The notes under the pieces were generated by a model that made no database searches, was not told the DNA's origin, and saw only the letters and a program-made list of their open reading frames with translations. A stretch of DNA of 61,380 bases, counting the filler, from Gonapodya sp. JEL0774 (lineage: Eukaryota): the NCBI GenBank assembly GCA_027604505.1. It is 15 parts of 15 records of this genome, joined end to end, with 100 filler letters (N's around TTAATTAATTAA, not from the genome) between each part and the next. Parts side by side here need not be neighbours in the genome. Positions count along the whole stretch, not along the records: positions 45,183 to 49,165 come from JADIIX010001080.1; positions 49,266 to 53,239 come from JADIIX010001081.1; positions 53,340 to 57,312 come from JADIIX010001082.1; positions 57,413 to 61,380 come from JADIIX010001083.1; 11 more parts are not named here. One strand, written 5' to 3'. Position 1 is the stretch's first letter; each line of letters starts with the position of its first letter. A program made the translations under genes and the position numbers. Below are positions 47,563-58,449 of the stretch, piece by piece.

Positions 47563-49165
47563 ATGTTCAAGGTTGGAGGACGAAAAGTTCTTGGACGGCA
47601 TAGACTCCAGCGGGTAAGCGGTCTTCCCATCTGAGTGGCGATGCTACCACGATTCTCTCGTTCTTCTGATCGGAACTTCACTGTCGGGTATCCACCCCTA
47701 TGCCATCGTCCTCAATACTATATGAAAACGACTCTTCAATTTCATTTCCTAGAGTTCGGTCCGTTTTGCTTCTTCTGAAGCCTCCAACAGAGTTGCTGGG
47801 GGTGCTGTTGGCCGGAACCTCCTCCTCAGTGCGGCAATTGGAGCAACAGCGTACGCGGGTGGCGCTCTTTACGCGCTTGACGATGCAGACTTTCGCAAAA
47901 CGATGGAATGGGTGCCGGGCGGCATCGAATCCATCGAGCTCGCTCAACAAACCAAAGAGGTTTACGGGACTTCGATGAAAACCGTCTCTGATGCTTTCAC
48001 TGACCTTAAGAAGTCGACGGAGGACACCATCGAGAGTGCTCAAAAAGCGATCGGGGGTTATGCGGAATCCGCGCGAAAGACTGTTGACGGTGTGTCCAGT
48101 ACGGTTTCGAAAACCCTAGAGCCAGTGCTTGGGAAAAAGGCGGACACACCATCGGAATCAGTGAAAACTGATGCTGGCGGCTCACATCCGGTTTTAGATA
48201 AGAAACCGGAGGCCCAGAAGCCCGTTACTGCAAGTGCTTGGAAGAAGCCTGAGTCGAAGGTATGATGTGCTCCTGTTGTCTCCACGACTTCAGTCTCATA
48301 CCTCCTCTCTGTCCCTCGCCTTTCGTGGTACCATCTTGTATAGGCGCCTGCGCCGGAAGTGCCGGTTGCAAAGGTTGAGAGACCTGGCAAACCCGTGGTC
48401 AAACCCAAGGCTGGCGAAAAGAAGCCCGCAGCCGTCCCGCCACCCGCCCCTGCCAACGCGGAAATTCCCGAAGAGAGCATCCCCGTTTCCATCCGCCTCG
48501 CTGCGGCGGTATCTGCGCTCAACAAAGAACTCGAGTCATCGAAACTTCCTGCCGAATCCAAGGCTGGTGTTCGTGAACAGCTGGATAAGGTGACGAAGCA
48601 ACTCTCCGCTCTAGAGAAGGAACAAGCGATATTGGTTGGAGCGGCGGTGACTGATACGGTGAGTGATGCTGAGGAAAGACTTCAACTTGACACATTCACT
48701 TATCCCTTTTGCCTTCCAGATATCTCACTTCGATCAAGAAATTACCACGCTCGTCGAATCTTACCAGAAAACTCTTGCCATCGCGCAATCCTCCGTCGAA
48801 TATGCTGTTGATTCCCACGTTGCTGAAGTGCGTCAGCAAGTGTCAGCCGCCAAGGATGCCGAAGCAAAGGAACTGCTATCTGCTCAAGCTGCAGAGTTCG
48901 AGCGAACACTGCGGGATGCTCTATCAGCGCAATCGGAGGCAATTCAATTGGACTGGCGTCGCGAGGTCAAAGAGCGTGTTGACAAGGAGCGTGGTGGTCG
49001 GTTGGCGAGATTGGACGGGTTGGAGCTCAAGTTGAAAGTGCTTGAGGTGGTTGCCAAGGAGAATGGAGAGAGCGCTGCGAGGATGGATACACTCAGGCAG
49101 CTTCGAAATGCGGTGGCGAGACTAAAACTTGCGGTAGAGGACGGTGGGAAGAAGCCTTTAGGGAA
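47563..49165 (+). CDS. MIC60: MICOS subunit Mic60/mitofilin, 3'-truncated
   Basis: Basic presequence, TM segment, F.K..EWVPG, coiled coil, EVKERVDKERGGRLARLDGLELKL. Confidence 0.85.
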
Positions 49166-49265
49166 NNNNNNNNNNNNNNNNNNNNNNNNNNNNNNNNNNN
49201 NNNNNNNNNTTAATTAATTAANNNNNNNNNNNNNNNNNNNNNNNNNNNNNNNNNNNNNNNNNNNN

Positions 49266-50331
49266 CTTCTTTCAGGGCACTCATGAACCTCGGCGCCGCA
49301 CCCACCGTACAAACCAACCCACCATCCTCTGTGCCATCGCCCGATACAAGCATTAAAGTCGCAGAAGCGCCACTTACATTGCCTTTCGATCCCCTACGCC
49401 ATGTCCTACCTCACGGGTCTTACCTGATAAATCTGGGGAATCCGGACGAGGACGTTAGGGAGAAGAGTTATGCGGCATTTCTGGATGAACTCCAAAGGTG
49501 TGAGGCTCTGGGAATCGGGATGTACAATTTCCAGTGAGTTGATTACTCCTAGACCTTCCATACTGAGAGTACTTGGCCGTTTCAACAGATCCTGATTCAC
49601 GTGGCAGCCCGGGCTCCGCTCTCTCCAATGCCACTCCCGAACTCACCCTCGCCGCCCTCGCACGTGTCTCAGAGCTCATCAATCGAGCCCACAGTGAAAC
49701 TTCGTTTGTCAAGATCGTGATCGAGAATAGTGCAGGAGGCGGTGGAACATTGGGCGTGGCATTCGAACAGATTGGAAAGATTATTGAGGGTGTGAAGGAC
49801 AAGACAAGGATTGGTGTGTGTTTGGATACATGTCGTGAGTTCTGACAGACGCGCACGGTCTCCCAGGACCTTGCCATCCTCGAGACTAACTAGAGCTCTT
49901 GACGAAATAGACGCATTCGCCGCTGGCTATGATTATTCCACCGAAGTCGGATATGAAAAAGCAATGGAGGACTTTGAGCGACACATTGGCATTTGGTGAG
50001 TTCATGTGTATCCGTCTCATGCGTTGCACGGAAACGCTACAACACACCGATTGATTCACTTCTGTGCATAAAATAAAGCTATCTGTCGGCTCTTCATCTC
50101 AACGACTCCAAGTCGCCCCTCAATTCACGTAAAGACCGGCACGAGAACCTCGGCAAAGGTCACATCGGAATCGACGCGTTCCGTCGTGTGGCCGAGGATC
50201 AGCGGTTGCGAGGTATACCGATGATTTTGGAAACACCAGCCAGGGAGCATGGTGGAGAGGTGGATGTGTACGGAAGGGAGGTTGAGATGATGTATGCGTT
50301 TGCAAACGATCAGCGAGCAAAGAGCACATAA
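49266..50331 (+). CDS. APN1: AP endonuclease (endonuclease IV family), 5'-truncated
   Basis: [17 protein letters not shown](H)[42 protein letters not shown]. Confidence 0.95.
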
Positions 50332-50839
50332 TTAGCTTCTTGCACTTGGTCAGAATATTTAGCATTGGCGCAAAGATCCGTCACGATCAATGAATCCTTA
50401 AGCAACAAACCAGTCGTCAATTGTAAAAGGAGCACGAGGACATACTCATGACCCGACAGCACGGAAAATACATAATGAGTTCATTCTATTTCGTCCGAGC
50501 CAGCAAAAGCATACGAAAAGTTGGGAGGATGTCACCCACGGAACAAGAATAATTGCACTGATCCGAATATATCCAGTATACACTGACAACAATCATGATC
50601 AAATATGGAAGTTCATGCAGTTGCACGAACGTACACACCGTGTGCAGAGATTTTCAGCCTAAACGCGTGCAAGCTTCATGCTGTCGCGCCGGAAGTATCA
50701 AGTCTGCGAGCGTGACATTGGGCGGCCAGGCGGACTCGAGATCAGATCAAACTGGCAAATGAGCATAACATCAAGACAGTACAAGTGCAGTTTGAAACGA
50801 GGGAGAGTTCACGTTGAATAACCATCACAATTGTTCATA

Positions 50840-51780
50840 GTTGGGAGGAAACAAGGATGTCAGATCGCGCGCTGCCTGGTCGAGGATGGCACCGACAGGC
50901 TTTGAATATCTGGGAAGAAATACAAGCATTGCCAGCCACCAGTGTGGTAATACAGTTCAAGGAAGAGATTGTTGGAACGTAAACTTGTCGAGCAAGGGGA
51001 ACACTCTGCAGGGTCCTAAGTCCGAGGTATGGCAGTGCAAAACCCACTTGTGGGGCCGGTGTGCTGTTGAAGTGTTGGTCATCGAGATCAAACGCGATGC
51101 GCACACTTGGGCTCTCACGCGAAGCAATGCAAAAGAAGTCTAGAGTTGAAATGACAACATCTTGCATGATCAGTATCGCTCTTGCAAAACATTGGTCACT
51201 TGTTTGGGCAAGAGCGCATTGTACGGAGCAGTGCCCGCAGCGGGGAGCACAATAGATCACAACACCTCATACTATGCAACCAGACGCGAGAAGCAGAACC
51301 TCTCACTTGCGACTGCAAGGCACGCAAAACAAAGTCTTATGATCCCGCGAACATAATATCCTGTTTGTCGCAATCTGCGTGATTCAAACAATCTGTTCTT
51401 CATGACGTCAACAAATGGTGACCACCAGCACGCAAAAATCGATACCAAGCATACACTAGTAGAATGTGGAAGCACGGAAATGAACTTGAAAATCCGTCTG
51501 ATCTGCCAATGGGTACTCTATGTCGAGACCAACACAAATTACTCGGACCTAATCTCGCTCATGTAGTACTGTTGGTTACGGGACCAAGCCAGCTGACTCG
51601 AGACATCAAGCTCGCAAAAGTATTATGTATCGCCAGTCATGCCCTCGACCTCCAGACGCAGTGGAGTGTGACGATCAAAAGGGTTTTCATCTCGGCGAAC
51701 GGAATGACTGATAAATTGGCACCTCTAAATCAAATATGCACTAAGCATCGAGACTGCACTTCGCCACACATAGCGCCAGA
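50840..51780 (+). mobile_element. Possible highly degraded non-LTR retrotransposon 3' relic
   Basis: Broken coding-like frames with WSLVW and DTKHTLVEC, loosely resembling the LINE C-terminal zf-RVT region; no intact motif. Confidence 0.25.
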
Positions 51781-52534
51781 GTGAATGCCGGTGGTGAAAC
51801 TTGTCTCGCAAAAGCGTGCGTGGGCGTGCGGCAAGTTTCAGCGATTCGGTTGTAATAGGGAGAAACAATATTTCGGACGTGTGGCGAGCACTTGCACCTG
51901 GTAGCATTGTCACCAGTCCATGCTCCACAGCGTTATATCGTACTCAATCTGTGATATTTTTTCTGCTCTTTTGCTAAACAATCATTCTCTGATGGAAATG
52001 ATCTCCGAAGCTAAAATACTCACTACCACCAACAACATGATGAACACAAAAATGAGTTGATGAGCGCAGTAAAGCAAAATATGAAGTATGTCAAACTGAG
52101 GTGAAGAGAAAAACAAACTTGGGAAAGTGTAGAGAAAGAAACGTATCGAAAAAGACAAAAGCATAGTGCATAGTGTCCATCATCCACCTCCGCAGACCTC
52201 GCCTCGAACTGTCCCCCGGAATCCCGTACACCAAACTCGCACATCGCCAGATGCTGAAAGCCCGACGGTGTTCACAAGGTATCTCCACAGTGTTCTCCCC
52301 TACACTCCGACCACGCAAACAATCCAAACGATCGCATATACCATTGGTGTCCAACGTGTCCAACATGTAAACATCGGCCCCGAAAGCATCCCTCCAAAAC
52401 TTTCTTCGACAATATACGTGGGAGTATGTGCATTTCTGGTGTACGTTTTGCTCGTGGAATGTGCATTGGGTCACGCAGCATCCAACCTTGCACATATCGC
52501 TGGTTCCCCGAGTCGCCCTTGTCCGCGCCTTCCC

Positions 52535-53239
52535 TCACTTTATCCTTATCACCACCCCGACGATCGACTTGACCCCCGCCGCGATTCCCCTGCCCCTGGA
52601 ACTCTGCCCCTGTACCCCCGCACCCGCCGCACCCGCAGGACTCGCCGACCGCTTCGGCGACGTCACGGTGGGTCCCGCCGAGGCCCGTCGGGAGGAGAAG
52701 AACAAGGACGGTGCCGATGTGGGCGTGGTGGGGACTGGGGAGAGCGGGGACGCGGGGGAAACGGGACACGGGGACGCGACAGACACTGTGGTGGCCAGGT
52801 GTTTGAGCGGCGACGAGCGAGCAGGGCTGGCGTCACGGCCGCGGCCGACTGGGCTGGTATCGCGAGCGCGGGGTTGAGTGCGGGGGAGGGAGCGATGGGT
52901 GGCCGGGTTGGGTGGGAGGAGAGTGGAGGGTGACGCTGTTATGGGAGACGGTTGGGCGGATCGAGTGCGGCGGACTGGAGGGTAAGAGGGGGTGGGCGGC
53001 GCGACCGGTGGAAGGGTGGACACGAATGTCCGCGATCCCGAGCCTGGTGTGGTGCTCGACGCGGAGACGGACCTCGTCCGGCTCGTTGCCGTCGCAGACG
53101 CCGCGGTGGAAGAGGGCGTTGGGGTGCTGCTGAGAGGAGGTGATGGGGACAGCGACGGGAGCGCAATCACCTCGACGTGGGGTTTGAACGAGACACGGCG
53201 ACAACTGGAGACGGGTAAATGTGTGGAGGTTGTGGGGGA
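52535..53239 (-). CDS. C-terminal exon of a Ser/Pro/Thr-rich disordered protein with an RVxF motif
   Basis: Open frame from the contig edge; RRVSFKPHVEVI; many SP sites. Confidence 0.5.
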   Translation of the reverse strand, partial: SPTTSTHLPVSSCRRVSFKPHVEVIALPSLSPSPPLSSTPTPSSTAASATATSRTRSVSASSTTPGSGSRTFVSTLPPVAPPTPSYPPVRRTRSAQPSPITASPSTLLPPNPATHRSLPRTQPRARDTSPVGRGRDASPARSSPLKHLATTVSVASPCPVSPASPLSPVPTTPTSAPSLFFSSRRASAGPTVTSPKRSASPAGAAGAGVQGQSSRGRGIAAGVKSIVGVVIRIK

Positions 53240-53339
53240 NNNNNNNNNNNNNNNNNNNNNNNNNNNNNNNNNNNNNNNNNNNNTTAATTAATTAANNNNN
53301 NNNNNNNNNNNNNNNNNNNNNNNNNNNNNNNNNNNNNNN

Positions 53340-54249
53340 CCAGAGTTGCATTCCTTGCTTGAATGTCCAAGATCCTCCTCTGCAATTCCTCTGCCGTACT
53401 TTCAGCTTTTGCCGTCGTCACAGAAAGCTCCTCATTGCGCGCCTTGAGCCTATCCACCGCAGCCTGCAGCTCCTGATTCACCCTATACTTGTTGGCAAGG
53501 AGGGATAGAAGGGCTTCAGTGGGATGAGACGATGAGGAATGTGTAGTGGTAGGTGGGGAAGAAGATTGGGGGCGGGGTGCGACTGGAGTGGGAGGGTTAG
53601 ATTGATGGTCTTGGAGGACTTGAAGGAATTGAGTGTCACGCTGTTCACGAGCAGCATCTAGATGTCTCTGGGTGACCACAGCCCCGTGCGAGAGGAGGAG
53701 TCTGACGATGGGGAGGGAAGGACGCAGACTGAACAAGATGAAGGCGTCCTGATAAACCTTGGGATCCTTCAACTGGATGTTTCCCCCTTTGAGACTGATG
53801 GAGATTTTGTTGTCAGAGTCAGGTGCATCGCCAGTGCTGCCGTCAAACCCAGTCAACTTCCCCCCCTTCGCCACCGCCAGCGTCAGGGCGGAAGTGAACA
53901 AATACGTCCATTGCCAACGCCTCCTGTTCCATTTGTCCGCAGTCCACGATGACCCGTTGTCTGCGAGTTTCCACCCGTAGTCTGCGAGATTCCATTCACA
54001 CACCCCGTTCGCATCAGCGCCTCCCTCGAGTAGCGCCTTCACAACGTCCTCATTCGCATGCAAGATCCCTAACGCCAACACCGACTCGCAGTCCACAGAA
54101 TCCGTTTTCGTCTGCCCTCTGATCGTGCATGTCAAAGTCACCCGCTTCCTCGCGTTCGGGTTTGCCCCTTCGCCCAACAGCTGCCGCACCCGTTGCGCCT
54201 GTCCGTTCTCCACGGCCTCGATCAGTTGGATGTCGCGAGGTGTAGACAT
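53340..54249 (-). CDS. Ankyrin-repeat plus coiled-coil protein (3'-truncated, intronless here)
   Basis: LIEAVENG...VRQLLGEGANPNA; VVKALLEGGADAN; IVRLLLSHGA; coiled coil at the contig edge. Confidence 0.85.
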
Positions 54250-55263
54250 GGCGGTTCTCGATCGGATTGTCGTGACGTTGTGCTGTGTTTGCGGTTCGGG
54301 TTTGTGCTGTAGCTCCGCCAACCATTTCTGCCGGCTTTCCAAACACTGACAGGAGCAAGGATGGGCCTGTAAATTCATGAGGCATTCTCTATATTGTATT
54401 GCGTATATAGTATAAATTGGCCCGCTATCAGGCTCCATGGGTGGTTCCACTCCAAACGCACTTCCCTTTTCGTCCCCGTCTGCCCCGCCTCCAACACGCT
54501 GTATCCCCAGCGGACCGCACAACGCAGAACATGCCAATTTCCGCCTTTACCAGTCACCCGCCCTCCCCCCCTCGGCCCCCCCTTCAGCGTCCTCCTGGCA
54601 CCTCCCCGTTTGCCCCAACCCACGCCCCCCTCCCTCGCGACCGCCACTCAACCTCGGCGCCCCCTCGCTCCCCCCCATCCCGTCCTTGACCCCCCGCTCT
54701 CCCCTGCATCCCCAGCCTCCGTTCCAAATATCCGAGGTTCCGTTCTTGTCACGAGTCCCCCCGCTCCTGCTCCGACATGTCCCGCCCCATATAATACCGC
54801 TAGTGATGAGTTATGGACGTGCTCCTTGACCGTTTTGGCACAACAGCCAGCCACTCACCTCCATTGATGGGACCTTCCTTTTCGCCAACCACAGTGTTGT
54901 TCTTCCCTGAGCTCCCCATCACAGGTACCCCCTGGTGGTTTCCCTTTGCCTTCCCGTTCCCAATCTGGCCTGCGCCACTCCGCTCCCCGCCATGCTTCCC
55001 CGCCTCCCAATACCCGCGTATGCGTTGCTCCCAATGCGAGGTCTCCACCAAAATATCCCGCGTTCCTTCAACACGATTCATCCTAGAGGATGAACCTCAA
55101 AATGAAACCTACAGAATCCGTACCGCGCTCATCTCAACCTGCTTACCCTCCATATCTCTCACAAATTCACAGTGCTGTCCCTCTCAGTTCCTGTTTCTGG
55201 CTCTGCTTCTCCTTTTGCGTCCCTTTTCCAGGTCTCCTCCTTTCACGGCGCAAATGGGTGCAG

Positions 55264-57228
55264 TTAAACGAGTGGTACCGGCCGCGACAAAGTTGAGACG
55301 GCGTGTGTGACAGCGACTGGGAGGAAAGGTGGTGGCTGAACGAGGGGAACACCCGTGGGTCTTTCTTTCGTCCAACGTGCGGAAGCTGGGCAGCAGAAGT
55401 TGGAGCAAGTGAGATCGTTATAATGAAAACAACTTAATACGTACCACCTGGTGTGTACATATACCATGCTTGCAACATTCACTCGGATCGCTTTGTGTCC
55501 GCCCATTCCTGCACCACCACCTTTCCTCCCCGGTCCTGGGCCCTTCCCAGGGTTCCCACCACCGCATGTTCTGCCACTTGTGGCACCGCTGAGGTTCTGA
55601 ATGTACTCATCTTTGCTTAGGTCTCTTTGGCACCAACAAACCGCGTCCTCGCTCTTCGGCACTTCCCCAGTGACGTGGTTCGTCCACGACCACTCCGCGG
55701 TGACCGATCCGGCAGACGGGTATATTGATATTACTGAGGAGGAGTGGAGAAGGATCAGTTCCAGAGAGAACAAGGGGGAAGGGATGTGCATGATCGTGCG
55801 AGTGGGTGACCCACACAGTGAAGAAAGTTATCACAGTTCACGGTGTTTAACTCACCTGTTGATTCGCTGATTGGGTCGTCTCCACACAGCCTGGCGTGCT
55901 GGTCAACCAGTTCCATTTGTGCTGGGGGGGTGGCGGGCGGTGGTTTAGTGCAGAACGATCTCTGGTGACCCGAAAGGCGGCATTAGGTGTGTGACGGTTG
56001 CAAAAACAGTAAGGGGAATAGTATTCGAGATATAAGACTGCGGGGTTTTGACGCCTACCTTAGTCCGGGGTTTCAGCGGAGGAAGAATGGACGAAGACCG
56101 TGTCAACGGGCTAAAAGCTTTTCGGGAGGAACGGAACAGATTAAACACACGCGAACGCGAGTTACTCACACTCATCCTCCCTCTCTCCTCTCTACCCCAC
56201 CGCCCCCACCGACCACCACCTCTAGTTCTGTGCAGGGGCACAGGCACCGGCAGTGTCCCGCCCGCCCTCCCAAACGTCCTTGCCACCTCCATGGCTCGCA
56301 ACGCGCCGATGCTGTCCAATCCGATGGGCATAGTTTCGAGGGAAGAGTTGGCGGCGGGGTCGCGGTTGAGGTCCAAGTCGGCATGGTTGTGGGGAGAGGG
56401 GTCGCGGGCAGCGGTGTCGGGATAGGTGGTCGTGGTGGTGGAGGTGGTGGGATGAACAACCCCCGTGTGGGCGGGGGGGGGGGAGGTGGAAACGGAGGCA
56501 GACGACATCCTGACCGATCCAGGCGACCCCTTCCCCACCACAGACCCCGTCCCACTCCCACCACAGACCCCGTCCCACACCCAGTCCCAAGCCCCGAATC
56601 ACCCAATCCTCCGTGCCGATCCCGCACCTGACTCAGGCGTCTGCGGCACCACCACCCCAACTGCGTTCTCCAGCACCCAAGGCGCCAACGTGGCGGCCCA
56701 GCAGACCGGCAAGGACGAGGGCGGGGGTTGTGCCGGTGGGGGTGCAGGGAGGCGGAGGAAGAGGTGGTGGTGGTTGTGTGGAAGCTGCAGCCCACGCCTC
56801 ACCCTATCCCGTACTTCAACAAAACACACAATTGACCGTGGCCTCTGTAGCCCCGGTCCCACCTTCCTACCGACCCACTTTCCAGAACCCGCTTTTCACC
56901 GCCCGTTCCCTGGCTCCCGCCTCTACACTGCTGGGCCACACCACCACTACCTGCCTGGCCACCTTCATGCCCTTGTCGCGGACCTGGGGCGACGCGCCAG
57001 TCAGGGCGCGGGAGAGGAGGGGGGAGCAGGGACGGTGGCAGGTGGTGTGGCTGGTGGGGGATGAGGATTCCGACTGCAAGTAGTCAAGTACCGGTGCTCA
57101 CCGCTCATGCGCGCTCCTACTCGCCGCGAACTTTTCTGCCCATCCGTGGACCCAACGGTCCCTCGGGTGCCAGCGGCTGCAACGCCCGAGGCGCACCGCT
57201 TGACCTGAGGTGAGAGATGTCAGGGATC
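55264..57228 (-). CDS. Probable multi-exon hypothetical gene; exon structure unresolved, may be degenerate
   Basis: Coding-like blocks bounded by splice-like sites (GSVTAEWSWTNH.., LDSIGALRAMEVARTFG..). Frames could not be joined cleanly. Confidence 0.3.
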
Positions 57229-57412
57229 GGGAGGTGCGTAGGGAGAGGAGCTGGGGGGTTGAGCGGTGGGTGGGGAGGAGAACTAGAGGACAGTGGAGGA
57301 GACGAGGCAGAGNNNNNNNNNNNNNNNNNNNNNNNNNNNNNNNNNNNNNNNNNNNNTTAATTAATTAANNNNNNNNNNNNNNNNNNNNNNNNNNNNNNNN
57401 NNNNNNNNNNNN

Positions 57413-58127
57413 CCCATCACTATCGTTGACTCCTCAGTGGTTCTCGAGCCGAAGCGGGGTCCCAAGCGGCGAAACTTGAAATCCAAAGGGTTACCTAAAG
57501 CCGCGAATCAGTCTGTTGCAGTTCCCAGTGCAAACAGTGAATCGGAGGTGCCTGATGAAGCAAATCAGGTCCAATCGACCACATCTCCAAGTACTGCTGA
57601 AACGCTCGAGGGTGATGCGACTCATCGGCTACCGACAACTCCCCAAGACGGGAGAGGCGAGAAGCGGTTCGAGGTGTACCTGACAGGTATTCCAGCTGAC
57701 CTGACCGTGGAAAGTCTGATCGAAGGTCTGAACGATAAGGGGTTCGGAGAGATCAAAAGGCTGAAGAGAGCTACAAGAAATATGAACGTTGGGTTTTTGG
57801 AACTGGCGGATGAAGAAGTAAGTGGGATGAAAGTTTGGGTGGCATGATGTTGGTGTGACACGCGATCCCGTGCTTTTCCAGACTCAAGAAAGGTTCCTTC
57901 AAGCATCGCCACTCAACGTGGTGGGTTTTGAGCTTCAGATAGAGCCGGTTCGATTCCCAGCTCGCCCACAGTATGCTGGGAAGCAAAGGTTTGGAAAAAG
58001 AAGAAAGTTTGTCCCCAGGACCAGCCGCTCCACTGGAGAGGGTGAAAATGGTGTCGGTTCCCTTCCCCAGAGCGTCCCAGGTGAATCAGTTGGCGGTCAG
58101 GTGGGCAACGATTTGGAACAGAAGTGA
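57413..58127 (+). CDS. RRM-domain protein, C-terminal part
   Basis: RNP2-like EVYLTGIP and RNP1-like VGFLEL; intron from 57818; basic tail. Confidence 0.65.
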
Positions 58128-58449
58128 TGCATTTGTAAATTTCATTCGACCATGAGTAATTTGGAGGAGACACGATTCACGAAATAGAGACATTTCTGAG
58201 CTGCGCAGTACGAGCCGGCGAAAAGAATACGACACAAGAATGTCGATGAGGTGCCCGCATGTATAACTTCGCTGCTCGGGCACTGCCACTTTATTCTAAC
58301 GGGTCAGCTACAAAAAAAAGTAAGACTCGTGAAACATAAGAAATGTGATTATTGTGAATTAATACTCCATGCCATCTTGAGTTATGCTTCAGTCGGGCAA
58401 ACACCCTCAACAAAGTATAACGTCTTTTTTAAAAGTCCACAGATCGCAT

